Source: a virus (lineage: Duplodnaviria > Caudoviricetes). Taken from it: DNA of 64,000 bases. The notes beneath the pieces are model-generated. The model did no database searches, was not told where the DNA came from, and saw nothing but the letters and a program-made list of their open reading frames with translations. The position numbers and the translations under genes were made by a program. Positions 9,588-19,635 of this stretch are shown here, one piece after another. Positions within the stretch are counted from its first letter, which is position 1. Each line of letters opens with the position of its first letter. The stretch covers positions 1-64,000 of the IMG/VR virus record IMGVR_UViG_3300010344_001170; one strand, 5' to 3'.

Positions 9588-9832
9588 TGCAGACCTCAAA
9601 AGATTTGGCTTTTAAATCATTTTGTGATGGGTTTAAAATGAAAGCTTATTGGAAAAATTATAGAGCCAAATTATCTGACAATAAAAATGAGGATGAACAA
9701 ATAAAAGAATTTCTTCAAGATCATTTTGAACATTGGTGGTCTACATGGTATAACGGAAACGAACATCGAGAATGTTTTCAATCAAGACAAAGCGTTTTTA
9801 TAGATGGAAAGCGTTACATTTCAGCAGAATAG
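9581..9832 (+). CDS. hypothetical protein
   Basis: ORF in operon. Confidence 0.65.
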   Translation: MVMQTSKDLAFKSFCDGFKMKAYWKNYRAKLSDNKNEDEQIKEFLQDHFEHWWSTWYNGNEHRECFQSRQSVFIDGKRYISAE

Positions 9833-10388
9833 CGGAAAGATAATTATTAGTGGATTATTTTTGCCATTTAGTGATCAACCAAATGGCAACAATCGTATTT
9901 ATAATAGCGATAGTATCTCTGATAAAGTCTTAGAAGAATTTAAAAAAGATATTAAAGAACGTAATGCTTTAGGAGAAAATTTTATATATCATCATGACTT
10001 GGATTTTGTTCCTTCGGAAATCCTTCTAACAAATGTTTCTCATATAATTAATAAAGTAGAAAAAACTGAAAAGGGATTAATTGGTGAAATTGAATTATTA
10101 GCTACTCCACAGGGAAATTTGGTAAAAGAATTATTAGACAAAGATTTAGTTCAACAAATGCCTCTTTGTGTAAGGCCACGATGTAGTGGGTCAGTTAATG
10201 AAGATAAAACAGTTACAATTGAAAGGATTTTTAGTTTTGATCTACTCAGTTCATATGACGACGCATTTAATCCTGATAGTTATCGAAACAGAAGATATAA
10301 ATTATCAAGAAATAAAAATAATAGGTATGAATTATCTGAAAATAAAAACATCAGATATAATTTATCTGAAAATAAAGAAGAAGCTTAA
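9804..10388 (+). CDS. prohead protease (gp21)-like protein, catalytic Ser motif apparently substituted
   Basis: NGNNRIY, NVSHII, IGEIELLATPQGNLVKELL match the gp21 fold; VRPRCSG replaces VSSRGxG. Confidence 0.7.
   Translation: MESVTFQQNSGKIIISGLFLPFSDQPNGNNRIYNSDSISDKVLEEFKKDIKERNALGENFIYHHDLDFVPSEILLTNVSHIINKVEKTEKGLIGEIELLATPQGNLVKELLDKDLVQQMPLCVRPRCSGSVNEDKTVTIERIFSFDLLSSYDDAFNPDSYRNRRYKLSRNKNNRYELSENKNIRYNLSENKEEA
10293..10382 (+). repeat. 3 x 30-bp tandem repeat encoding RY(K/E/N)LS(R/E)NKxx
   Basis: Units at 10293, 10323 and 10353. Confidence 0.85.
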
Positions 10389-10415
10389 AACCGAGCTTCT
10401 TTTTTTGCATAAAAT
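10387..10415 (+). promoter_or_regulatory. putative middle promoter overlapping a terminator hairpin
   Basis: AAAACC-15nt-CATAAAAT; AAAACC lies in the loop of AAGAAGCT/AGCTTCTT + T run. Confidence 0.55.
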
Positions 10416-10429
10416 CTAAAACAATATTT

Positions 10430-11893
10430 ATGATTAATGCCTATCAAGAAACTATATTTTATCATTACATTCTTAGCAATCCAACATTCTTAAATACAAC
10501 AAAACCTGAATTCTTTTCGACACAAACATTAAAGGATTTATTTTCAATTGCTAAAGAACATGCTTTGAATTATAATTCAGCTCCATCAATGGAGCAAATG
10601 TCTGAATTAGTTCGAGTAAAGGGCTTTGGTGAAAAATATTCTCAAGATGTAATTGAAGCTCTTTATAATACTCAAGAGCAATTAAAGCAATATGATCAAG
10701 AATGGCTTCAAGATAACATTGGTCCTTGGATTCAAGTAAGAAACCTTGATAATGTTATGAGAAGAGCTGTTGCTTTTCTTAAAATAAATAAGCCAACAGC
10801 TGAAAATGCTTCCGAAGTCGTAGAAAAAGTTCGTCATATGATGACAACTGAAACTGCTATTGATTTTGGTTTTAATTTAGGAGCAGACTTTTTTGATGCA
10901 ACCGCCCACTCTCAAAAGAGATTAGCAAGAACCCCAACCGGCTATCCATACATTGATAAGTGTTTAAAGGGTGGATGGTGGAAAGGTTCATTAATTGTTT
11001 TCCTTTCTGGTCCAAAGGCAGGAAAATCTATGTGGATGTGTAACTTAGCCGCCCACTCGGTTTATAATGGTTACAATACAGCATATATTACACTCGAACT
11101 TCAGCAAGAAATTGTTAACATGCGTATTGGATCCAATATGTTAAATGTTGCATTAGATGATTATGAAGAATTGGCGAAAGATCAAGATTTACTAAAAAGA
11201 AAATTATCTGATTTAAAACAAAATGCTCTAAGACCATTAGGAAAATTACATGTAAAGGAGTTCCCTTCTTCAACGTTATCAGCAAATGATTTACGTTCTT
11301 ATCTTGTAAAAGCACAAGATATGTTAGGATATAAATTCGAAAACGTATTTGTTGATTACATAAACATTATGAAGAACTGGAGAAATCCTAATTCCGAAAA
11401 TCTTTACATGAAAATTAAACAGATTAGTGAAGATCTAAGAGCTGTGGCACAAGAAGAACAATGGGCTATTATTTCTCCAACACAAACAAACAGAACAGGA
11501 TGGGATACGACAGATTTAACAATCGCAAACGTTTCGGAGTCAGGAGCTTTGTTACATACTGTTGATGGATTATTTGGTATTGTCGTTAATCCTGAAATGA
11601 AATCACGTGGAGAATTTTATTTAAAATATCTTGCTGACCGTGTTTCTGGTTTAGAGAATACAAGAAAACGATTTGAATTTAACAGGAAATACGCCCGTAT
11701 TGATGAAGATATGAATGCACAAATCGAAGATATGGATATAATTGCTGCAACGGTAGGTGGATGGAGAGATAAGAAGATTGCAAGTGTACAACACGGACAA
11801 GGACAGATAGCAGCAACTATAAGCAAAACATTACCCGAACATAACGAACCTCCAATTACAGGCAGAGCATTATTTCCTGATGAAGGAAAATAA
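10430..11893 (+). CDS. dnaB: DnaB-like replicative helicase (gp41-like)
   Basis: TGYPYID, Walker A SGPKAGKS, ITLEL, FVDYIN, PTQTNR, VSESGAL..TVD. Confidence 0.92.
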   Translation: MINAYQETIFYHYILSNPTFLNTTKPEFFSTQTLKDLFSIAKEHALNYNSAPSMEQMSELVRVKGFGEKYSQDVIEALYNTQEQLKQYDQEWLQDNIGPWIQVRNLDNVMRRAVAFLKINKPTAENASEVVEKVRHMMTTETAIDFGFNLGADFFDATAHSQKRLARTPTGYPYIDKCLKGGWWKGSLIVFLSGPKAGKSMWMCNLAAHSVYNGYNTAYITLELQQEIVNMRIGSNMLNVALDDYEELAKDQDLLKRKLSDLKQNALRPLGKLHVKEFPSSTLSANDLRSYLVKAQDMLGYKFENVFVDYINIMKNWRNPNSENLYMKIKQISEDLRAVAQEEQWAIISPTQTNRTGWDTTDLTIANVSESGALLHTVDGLFGIVVNPEMKSRGEFYLKYLADRVSGLENTRKRFEFNRKYARIDEDMNAQIEDMDIIAATVGGWRDKKIASVQHGQGQIAATISKTLPEHNEPPITGRALFPDEGK

Positions 11894-11909
11894 ATAGCAA
11901 AAACTGTAG

Positions 11910-12395
11910 ATGAAATATTTTGATTTAGATGACGAGGAATATAATATGAAAGATGATAAAATAATCAATAATTCTTACAATTCAGGTGATATTGAATATG
12001 AGAATTTTACGATGCCTATGAAGGTAGATGATAGAGTATCAGATCTTTATAGCGATACAATTTCTGATAATCTTGTGGAAGAAAGAACAAATAAGCTTTT
12101 AGACGAAAAAATCTATGAGTTATTTAAACAATCCCCGTTCTACGAAAAATATAAAAATCCAAAGAGAGTTGACAAAAATGATTTAGTAAAAATGTATTAT
12201 TATTTTAAAGAAAGACTATTAAAAGAACATACATTTTCGTCAACACAAATATTCATTGGATTTGCAGAATTTTTTCAAATTAATTATGACCAATTGTATT
12301 CAGAAGTTGGTGTTTTAGATAAGGAAGGTCTTTTACGGGAATTAAATGAAAAGTTTAATCTCAATAGAAAAATCAAAACCAAAAAGCTTTTTTAG
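11910..12395 (+). CDS. hypothetical protein
   Basis: ORF between the helicase and the SbcD-like gene. Confidence 0.8.
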   Translation: MKYFDLDDEEYNMKDDKIINNSYNSGDIEYENFTMPMKVDDRVSDLYSDTISDNLVEERTNKLLDEKIYELFKQSPFYEKYKNPKRVDKNDLVKMYYYFKERLLKEHTFSSTQIFIGFAEFFQINYDQLYSEVGVLDKEGLLRELNEKFNLNRKIKTKKLF

Positions 12396-12416
12396 TTTAT
12401 AATTTCTAAACAGATT

Positions 12417-13571
12417 TTGATGATGGAAGAGGAAAAGAATTATGAAGTTCCAGTTCAAAATATTGATTTTAAACGAATATTTTTACTATCCGACCTTCAT
12501 TTTGGAGTGAGAGCAAATTCCCTTGAATGGTTAAATAATCAATTGTTATTTTTTGATCAATTTTATTTTCCTTTTCTTGAAAAAAATGTAAAGAAAGGAG
12601 ATATATTTTTCATGTTGGGTGATTGGTTTGATAATCGTCAACTACTCGATGTTAATGTTATAAATAAAGCTGTGGATATTATTTATAGAATTTCACAGAT
12701 TTTACCAGTTTATTTAATGACTGGAAATCATGACATTTATAAGAAAAAAGAAACAGATGTTAATTCATTAATTGCTTTTAGATTTATTCCTAATGTGACA
12801 ATTTTTGAAAAACCTTGTATCATAACAAACAATAAATCAAAAATTCTTATTCTCCCTTGGATTGGTGAATCAACAGATGAAGAACAATATGCAAGAAAAA
12901 ATGCTGGAAATGCTGAATACATTTTTGCACATACCGACATGGCAGGATTTAAATATGATAATGGCCACAGCATTGTAAGAGGAGTAAACTTAAGAGATAT
13001 TAAGGGATATAAAAAAATATTTTCAGGACATATACATAAGAGACAAGAAATCGACCACATGATGTATATAGGTTCCCCCTATCATACAAAACGTGGAGAT
13101 ATAGGAAACAAAAAGGCTGTTTATGTTTTTGACCCTGATAATGATAAGATTGAATTTTTTGAAAATAATCTATCATCTGTATTCCAAAGAATTCGTTTAG
13201 AAGATTTAATGGAATGGACATTAGAATATGCATCGCAAGTATTAGCAAATAACTATACTGACATCATAGTTCCTGATAAATACATCCATTTGTTTAATTT
13301 AACGAAGTTTATCGAACTTCTGCATGGATGTCCATATAAAAAGATTGAAACAACTGGTGAGAAAGTTAAAACCGATGATGATTTTGTTGGTATTATAGAT
13401 GGAGAAGATATTAAAGATATTTTAACTCTTCTTGAAATTAGTATAAGTGATTTAAATTTAACTACTGAAATGTTAGTTAAATTAAAAATGCTGAATAAAG
13501 AATATTATACGAAAGCTTCTACTGAAGAAACCGTTATTGCAGATTTAGAATATGAAACTGAAGAAAATTGA
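12417..13571 (+). CDS. sbcD: SbcD/Mre11/gp47-like nuclease
   Basis: SDLHFG, GDWFD, GNHD, AHTD, SGHIH motifs. Confidence 0.92.
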   Translation: MMMEEEKNYEVPVQNIDFKRIFLLSDLHFGVRANSLEWLNNQLLFFDQFYFPFLEKNVKKGDIFFMLGDWFDNRQLLDVNVINKAVDIIYRISQILPVYLMTGNHDIYKKKETDVNSLIAFRFIPNVTIFEKPCIITNNKSKILILPWIGESTDEEQYARKNAGNAEYIFAHTDMAGFKYDNGHSIVRGVNLRDIKGYKKIFSGHIHKRQEIDHMMYIGSPYHTKRGDIGNKKAVYVFDPDNDKIEFFENNLSSVFQRIRLEDLMEWTLEYASQVLANNYTDIIVPDKYIHLFNLTKFIELLHGCPYKKIETTGEKVKTDDDFVGIIDGEDIKDILTLLEISISDLNLTTEMLVKLKMLNKEYYTKASTEETVIADLEYETEEN

Positions 13572-15240
13572 ATGGCGTAATATAGGACCTTATGGAAATA
13601 AACTCCAAGAATTAGAATTTTCTGATAGCGGAGGTTTATGGATGGTTACTGGCAAAAATGGTAATGGTAAATCTTTTGTTGTTAATCTTCCAAAGATTCT
13701 TTATTATGGAAGATTAGATAAGTTTAAGAAAGATGACATTGCTAATCGATTAAATAAACACGGATGGATTCGTGGAGAAATTCAAGTAAATCCTACGACT
13801 ACAGTACAAATTGAGAGATGGTTGTCTCCTCAAGATTTAATTGTTTATAAAGATGCAGGTGATGGTCCTGAAGATATTGGAAAGGCTGTTTCAAAGAACT
13901 ATCAAGATTATATTGATATGGAAGTCACTGGCTTGCCTTACCACATTTTCTCGAACATTATATCATTAAGTGTTAATGATTTTAAATCTTTTATTTCAAT
14001 GACCCCAGGTGATAAGCGAATCATAATAGATAAGCTTTTCGCAATGGAGGTTATAAACCAAATGAACAAACTGGTTAAAGAGGATCTTCGTAAAATTAAA
14101 ACTGACATAACATTATTTGATAGAGAAATCCAATCCCTTAAAAATACTATCAAAACTGCATCTAAAGAACTTGAAGAATTAAAAACAAAAATCAATCAGG
14201 ATAATACCGAACAAATAAAACAAGTAGTTCAAAAAATGGCTGAATACAAGCCCAAATTAGAGGATGCCTATAAAAAATTAGAAGAGTATACAAAGAAGGA
14301 AACAGATATTAAAAAAGCATATGACATTTTTAAGAATCAAAAATCTAATTTAAAGAATGATATTAAAAATCTAAAGAAACAAATAGATTTGTATGATCAA
14401 GATAAATGTCCAACGTGTGCAACACCATTCTCTGAACAAAGATTTGAATTATTAAAAGAAGATCTTCATTCCAAATTTACAGCTAAAAATGAAGAATTGG
14501 AATTACTTGTAAAAACTGAAGATCAGTATACTTCTTCTTTAGAAAAAGTTCAAGAAGGCTTAAGAAGAATCAATACGTTTATCATTCAAATAAAAACTGC
14601 TTTTCAAGCTCTTCAAAAAGAATTAGACAAACTAAAAAAAGAGAAACCAAAAGAATTTTCTTCAATTCAAAATATCATATCTAAAAATACTATTGAAGTA
14701 CAAACTAAAGAAACCGAGAAAGTTACATTAGACGAGGATTTTAAATATCGTTCTGTACTTGAACAATTGTACTCCGATGATGGTGTTAAAAAGAAAGTTC
14801 TTGAAAGTTATTTACCAACTCTAAATAAAGAGATTGAATATACTCTTCATGAATTACACTTTCCTTATAGACTTCGTTTCAATAATGATTTTAATCCATG
14901 CATTGAACATTTAGGAATTGAAATAAATGTTGAAACTTTATCAACCGGAGAAAAGAAAAGGGTTGACTTAGCTGTTTTAATTTCAATCATTAGAATGTTA
15001 AAACGTAAATACCCTTCTTTAAATATTTTCATGCTTGATGAGGTGTTGTCTTCAATAGATGGTGATGGCATTTATGATATAATTGGGCTGCTTCAGAAGA
15101 CCTCCAAGGAGCTCCTAATGAATATTTTCATCATTAATCATGCTCCACTACCCATAGAGTATTTTGATTATAAAATTTCTATTGAAAAAAGAGATGGATT
15201 TAGTGATTTAACTGTTGAAACTTTATCAACAGACAATTAG
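13552..15240 (+). CDS. sbcC: SbcC/Rad50/gp46-like ATPase
   Basis: GKNGNGKS, zinc hook CPTC, signature LSTGEKKR, Walker B MLDE. Confidence 0.93.
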   Translation: MKLKKIEWRNIGPYGNKLQELEFSDSGGLWMVTGKNGNGKSFVVNLPKILYYGRLDKFKKDDIANRLNKHGWIRGEIQVNPTTTVQIERWLSPQDLIVYKDAGDGPEDIGKAVSKNYQDYIDMEVTGLPYHIFSNIISLSVNDFKSFISMTPGDKRIIIDKLFAMEVINQMNKLVKEDLRKIKTDITLFDREIQSLKNTIKTASKELEELKTKINQDNTEQIKQVVQKMAEYKPKLEDAYKKLEEYTKKETDIKKAYDIFKNQKSNLKNDIKNLKKQIDLYDQDKCPTCATPFSEQRFELLKEDLHSKFTAKNEELELLVKTEDQYTSSLEKVQEGLRRINTFIIQIKTAFQALQKELDKLKKEKPKEFSSIQNIISKNTIEVQTKETEKVTLDEDFKYRSVLEQLYSDDGVKKKVLESYLPTLNKEIEYTLHELHFPYRLRFNNDFNPCIEHLGIEINVETLSTGEKKRVDLAVLISIIRMLKRKYPSLNIFMLDEVLSSIDGDGIYDIIGLLQKTSKELLMNIFIINHAPLPIEYFDYKISIEKRDGFSDLTVETLSTDN

Positions 15241-15623
15241 AACCAGCCTTTATAATATTGGGTGCCTGGTTGCCAACTTTTGTATTTAGATAGGGATTTC
15301 ATACCTTCGATATATCCTTCAATTGTTTCTTGGGCATCTTTGATACTTTTGTCCCATAATTCCAAATTATCCATTAATTTACTAAAAGCTTGAACAACAT
15401 CAAAAAGTTTTTGTTCATCTTTACCTTCAAAGCTTACTTCTAAATCTTTTAATAATGGAGCATAAAAATTGTTAGTAACTAAAACATCTAATAATTTTTG
15501 TGCTTTTTCATCAAATTCCACATATATTTTTAAAATAGTTGTTTTAAACTTATTTCTAATTTCATCACCAGAAACAGGTTTTAAAATACTTTCTACAGAT
15601 TCATTCGTAAACTTAGCTCTCAT
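15237..15623 (-). CDS. VxES/LKPK leader protein
   Basis: MRAKFTNESVESILKPVSGDEI; own late-type promoter at 15630-15645. Confidence 0.8.
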   Translation of the reverse strand: MRAKFTNESVESILKPVSGDEIRNKFKTTILKIYVEFDEKAQKLLDVLVTNNFYAPLLKDLEVSFEGKDEQKLFDVVQAFSKLMDNLELWDKSIKDAQETIEGYIEGMKSLSKYKSWQPGTQYYKGWF

Positions 15624-15629
15624 GTAATC

Positions 15630-15645
15630 TTTTATTTTATTTATC
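15630..15645 (-). promoter_or_regulatory. putative late promoter (back-to-back with 15650)
   Basis: Reverse complement GATAAATAAAATAAAA. Confidence 0.5.
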
Positions 15646-15649
15646 TGAT

Positions 15650-15666
15650 AATATATAAAAAAATAA
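15650..15666 (+). promoter_or_regulatory. putative late promoter
   Basis: AATATATAAAAAAATAA. Confidence 0.5.
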
Positions 15667-15675
15667 GGGATTTAT

Positions 15676-15957
15676 ATGCGTGCCAAACGTATAAATGAAA
15701 ATGTTTTTAAACCAAAAAATGTTAGTGATATAATTCATAATCACATAATAGAAAAGGTTTATGATGATTTAAGAGAACCCCTTTATCAAATTTTTAAGCG
15801 TTTGGATGAGCAAAAACTTCTTTTTCCAAATATTAAAGAGGTTAAGAAAAAATTTGATGAAGCAGCAGATCTATTGTTTGAAATGGTCATAGACGATATA
15901 TCAGTTTATAATGAGCAAGACGAACAAGAAGAATTACTAAGGCAATCTGAAGAATAA
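15676..15957 (+). CDS. VxE/LKPK leader protein
   Basis: MRAKRINENVFKPKNVSDI. Confidence 0.8.
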   Translation: MRAKRINENVFKPKNVSDIIHNHIIEKVYDDLREPLYQIFKRLDEQKLLFPNIKEVKKKFDEAADLLFEMVIDDISVYNEQDEQEELLRQSEE

Positions 15958-15971
15958 ATAAATAAAAGGCT

Positions 15972-16553
15972 ATGGGAAAATATTTAGAAGATTTTAAAAA
16001 TCGTTTTAAAGATAAGGGCATGGATGAAGAAGAAATTCTTGATTTGATTGAAATCCACGGTCCTCATAAAGCTATTTCCATAATTCGTAAAAAATATCCG
16101 CAAGCTACTGATCAAGACATTGATGATCTTATCGGAAGATATGCAACAACCCCATATAAATTAAAAGAAAATCAAAAGATGAAAGCAAGATTCGTAAAAG
16201 AAAGTCTTGAACAGGATCAAGATATTTATGACGAAGAAAATGGTGAAGAAGTAGAAGTTACTGAGTCTCCGTTTGATAAAGTTGAAATGACAGAAGATCC
16301 TGAAGAAGATGATGATTTAGTCATTCAAGATGAATTTGAAGCAGCATTAAATAATGAATTAAAAGTTCCTGAATATGCAAGAAGAACAGTTTCTTTTAAA
16401 GTTAAAGGAGAAAGAGGAATTGTAGATGCTGTTCCTATGGCAAAAATGAAAGACGGCGCATTCCTTATGAAAGTCGGAAATTCATATCGTAAATTTAAAA
16501 TGGATGACATTGTTGAAGAGTCATTTAAGGCTAAAACAATTTTTAATAAATGA
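15972..16553 (+). CDS. acidic composite protein with internal MKARFVKES leader
   Basis: Internal leader copy at residue ~70; late motif GAATAAATAAATAAAA at 15952. Confidence 0.75.
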   Translation: MGKYLEDFKNRFKDKGMDEEEILDLIEIHGPHKAISIIRKKYPQATDQDIDDLIGRYATTPYKLKENQKMKARFVKESLEQDQDIYDEENGEEVEVTESPFDKVEMTEDPEEDDDLVIQDEFEAALNNELKVPEYARRTVSFKVKGERGIVDAVPMAKMKDGAFLMKVGNSYRKFKMDDIVEESFKAKTIFNK

Positions 16554-16852
16554 AATTTGTTAACGAAGATTTAGAAGATGTTTTAAAACCTAAATCTGAA
16601 GAAGATTTAGAATCTGCATTTCAAGAGCGTCTTTGGGCATTTGAGGAAATGGATCCTAAAGAAATAGTTGATGCTATTGCTGATGAATTTGGTGTTGGAA
16701 CTCTAGATGTTGCAGTTCATATTCTTAATAACATTGAACATGACGAACTTCATGAATCTGTTAAGTTAGTTTATAATGATTATTTAAGAGAAAATCGAAA
16801 AATTGATATGGGTCATTTGGGACTTCCAAAAGGAAAATTGACTTTCAAATAA
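16550..16852 (+). CDS. VxE/LKPK leader protein
   Basis: MKFVNEDLEDVLKPKSEEDL. Confidence 0.8.
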   Translation: MKFVNEDLEDVLKPKSEEDLESAFQERLWAFEEMDPKEIVDAIADEFGVGTLDVAVHILNNIEHDELHESVKLVYNDYLRENRKIDMGHLGLPKGKLTFK

Positions 16853-17319
16853 TGTTTGTTGCCGAATCTATAGAAGATGTTTTAAAACCTAAGGATCGAG
16901 ATGTCATAAATCGAGAACTTGATCAAGCTACTGATTCATTTATTAATGAAGCTACTCTAAAGGATTTTCTCAAATCCTTTAATAATATCAAAGTGTGGCA
17001 AGGAGGATTGAATTTTAATAATGGATTTATGCGAAAATTAAAAAAGGGAGATCAATATTTCTTTCTAATGGATCGCGATTCTTTGTTTAATGTTGTAGAT
17101 GATTTAGCAAGTTCATTTAAATTTGATGAACCTTTAATGTCCGATATAGATAAGGCTATGAATGATCATGACTATGATGCGTCCTATAAATTCCCTGAAT
17201 TTAACCATTTTTGGACACATACCCTTCATACAAATCAAAATATAACTAGAGAAAATTATGATTATGTGGTTAATCGAGTATTAGAAAAAGTTGCCCAGAA
17301 ATTTAATGTAGAATATTAA
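16852..17319 (+). CDS. VxES/LKPK leader protein
   Basis: MFVAESIEDVLKPKDRDVI. Confidence 0.8.
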   Translation: MFVAESIEDVLKPKDRDVINRELDQATDSFINEATLKDFLKSFNNIKVWQGGLNFNNGFMRKLKKGDQYFFLMDRDSLFNVVDDLASSFKFDEPLMSDIDKAMNDHDYDASYKFPEFNHFWTHTLHTNQNITRENYDYVVNRVLEKVAQKFNVEY

Positions 17320-17327
17320 GCACCCTA

Positions 17328-17356
17328 AAAACTTGGGTGCTTTTAGTTTATACAAA
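17328..17356 (+). promoter_or_regulatory. putative middle promoter overlapping a terminator hairpin
   Basis: AAAACT-15nt-TATACAAA; -35 box in the loop of AAGCACCC/GGGTGCTT + T run (17318-17344). Confidence 0.55.
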
Positions 17357-17360
17357 CAAT

Positions 17361-19139
17361 ATGGGAATGCTCGATATCTTAAAACCAAAATCCAAATCGG
17401 AATTAAATTCGGTTATTGATGATTATATAAAAGACTTTGAAGACACTTATATGCCTGCTGGATTTCAATGGCGTAAAGGTCAAAAAGAAGTTGTCGAGCA
17501 AATAGTTCAAACTTATTTAGAGAAAAAATATAAAGTAGTAATACTTGATGCCCCGGTTGGAAGTGGGAAATCACTTATCGCTATGGCGGTATCTCATATT
17601 TTAAACTCTACTAAAAAACGTGGATATATTTTAACATCCGAAATTTCTCTTCAAGACCAATATCAAGACGACATAAATAGATTTAAATTGCCATGGGGTT
17701 TGGTAAAGGGGGTTGATCATTATAAATGTACTGATAATGATGAAAAGCATTCATTAGGAACATGCAAGATTCGAAACAAAAATCCCCGAAAAATGTTATG
17801 TTATAATGAATGCCCTTATTTTTCCGCAAGAGATATGGCTGTTAACGCTGATACAGCAGTTTTAAATTATAATTATTGGCTTATCATGCAGAATTTTGTG
17901 AATTCTCATGAGAACGAGAACGGTACAATGTCGACACCATTATTTCCACCAAGAGATTTTACAATATGTGATGAAGGACATAAAGTTCTTGATATTGTTC
18001 AAAACCATTATTCACCCCGATTTACAAAAGGAACAACAGAAAAGTTAAAAAAACTTTCTGATTTCTTTTGGAATCATAAAGTTAAAGATCACACTTTAGA
18101 TGTGGATGTTGTTGCAAGCGCAATAGAACAAATGTGGGAAGAAGAAGATCAGGATTACTTACATGGGCATTTATGTTCTATTGAAAAAGCTCTCAAATCT
18201 TTCTTAATGTCAATTGAAAAATTAAAAGATAGGGTTGAAGCTGAATACAAAAATAAAAAACCTCCGATAGAATGGAGAGAAGCTTTATTTCTTTCTGACT
18301 GGGTTAAGGATATTCATTGTAAAGTCGAGGATTATAATTACATTATTCGCCAAACTACAACAAGGAATTTAGTAAAAAATCCTACTGTTGATGAATTAGT
18401 ATTTAACTGTTTGCAAGAAAGCTTTTTGATGAATAGATTTTTTCATCAATTTACTGGATTTACTGTTTTAATGAGTGCAACATTTGCAGATCCTTTAGAG
18501 TACATGAAAACTATAAACATTAAAGGAGCTAAGTACATTAAAATGGATAACTTATTTCCATTTGAAAAATCCCCAATTTATTATTATCCAAAAAGAAGAA
18601 TGACATACAAGGAAATTGATAATAATAAAGAATGGCTTTACAAGAAAATAAATGAAATCATATCGAATCATGCTGGTGAAAGTGGAATTATTCACTCTGC
18701 TTCTTATGATTTGACAATGAAAATAAGAGATAATCTAACACCTGAAAATAGAAAAAGAGTTTACGTTTATGAAGGGACAGAAGAAAAACGAGCAATGCTC
18801 GACATGATGAAACTTCAAAAAGGCAAAATAATAATGGGACCTTCCATATTAGAGGGGTTAGATTTAAAAGATGACTTTTCTCGTTTTCAAATATTTGCCA
18901 AAGTCCCATATCTATCATTAAGTGATCGCTTTGTAAAAACGAAATTGGCAATAAATCCTGCCTGGTATAGATGGAAAGCCATTGTAAGTATACTTCAGGG
19001 AACAGGCCGTAGTGTTCGTAATGAAGATGACTGGGCAGTAACTTATATTCTTGATGGCTCATTAGGTGATTTGATTCATAACAATAGACGTTCATTTCCG
19101 GCTGAATTTTTACGGAGGATCGTCGTTGTCAATGAATAA
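17361..19139 (+). CDS. dinG: DinG/YoaA/XPD-family SF2 helicase with LKPK motif
   Basis: Q motif RKGQ, APVGSGKS, LQDQY, Cys cluster, DEGH, MSAT, EGLDLKDD, QGTGRSVRNEDD; N-terminus DILKPKSKSEL; ATG at 17361 preferred. Confidence 0.88.
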   Translation: MGMLDILKPKSKSELNSVIDDYIKDFEDTYMPAGFQWRKGQKEVVEQIVQTYLEKKYKVVILDAPVGSGKSLIAMAVSHILNSTKKRGYILTSEISLQDQYQDDINRFKLPWGLVKGVDHYKCTDNDEKHSLGTCKIRNKNPRKMLCYNECPYFSARDMAVNADTAVLNYNYWLIMQNFVNSHENENGTMSTPLFPPRDFTICDEGHKVLDIVQNHYSPRFTKGTTEKLKKLSDFFWNHKVKDHTLDVDVVASAIEQMWEEEDQDYLHGHLCSIEKALKSFLMSIEKLKDRVEAEYKNKKPPIEWREALFLSDWVKDIHCKVEDYNYIIRQTTTRNLVKNPTVDELVFNCLQESFLMNRFFHQFTGFTVLMSATFADPLEYMKTINIKGAKYIKMDNLFPFEKSPIYYYPKRRMTYKEIDNNKEWLYKKINEIISNHAGESGIIHSASYDLTMKIRDNLTPENRKRVYVYEGTEEKRAMLDMMKLQKGKIIMGPSILEGLDLKDDFSRFQIFAKVPYLSLSDRFVKTKLAINPAWYRWKAIVSILQGTGRSVRNEDDWAVTYILDGSLGDLIHNNRRSFPAEFLRRIVVVNE

Positions 19140-19150
19140 ATAAAATAAAA
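19134..19150 (+). promoter_or_regulatory. putative late promoter
   Basis: GAATAAATAAAATAAAA, identical to the copies at 7111 and 44588. Confidence 0.55.
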
Positions 19151-19158
19151 TCATTTAA

Positions 19159-19635
19159 ATGAGAGCCAAATCCGTAAATGAAGGATATGAAGACTTTGGT
19201 CTTTCTGCTGATGAAGCAAAAAAACTAAAGAAAACTGATAATCCATTTTATAAGTTAGAACAAATGGTTAGAGGATTTATGTCTGAAGACAAAATTTATT
19301 TTGATGACATGGTTCGATCATTTGATAAAACGAAACAACAATTTCTTTATAGTATTATTACTGATTATATAAGAAAAACATTAGATATTGATTTTCAAAA
19401 TATAGGAAATCCTGAAGGCCAATATGATTGGCAAAATGCCTATAAAGCACAATATAAGATCTATGATTTATATTTAGAAAAGAGTCATTCAGGATATAGT
19501 TATTATGTAAAAATGTATAAAAGAGCAAGAGAAAGAAATGAGAGAAATTTAGTCGCCGAAAGTACGTATTCCAAATCTCTTCACAGCCTTGCAAAGAATA
19601 TTCAAAAAATGCTTAAAGAACATGCCAAAGTTTGA
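19159..19635 (+). CDS. VxE leader protein
   Basis: MRAKSVNEG. Confidence 0.8.
   Translation: MRAKSVNEGYEDFGLSADEAKKLKKTDNPFYKLEQMVRGFMSEDKIYFDDMVRSFDKTKQQFLYSIITDYIRKTLDIDFQNIGNPEGQYDWQNAYKAQYKIYDLYLEKSHSGYSYYVKMYKRARERNERNLVAESTYSKSLHSLAKNIQKMLKEHAKV

Noticed and set aside
10293-10382. CRISPR-like 30-bp repeats
   Set aside because: Units are contiguous with no spacers, in frame within a CDS, and no cas genes are nearby.
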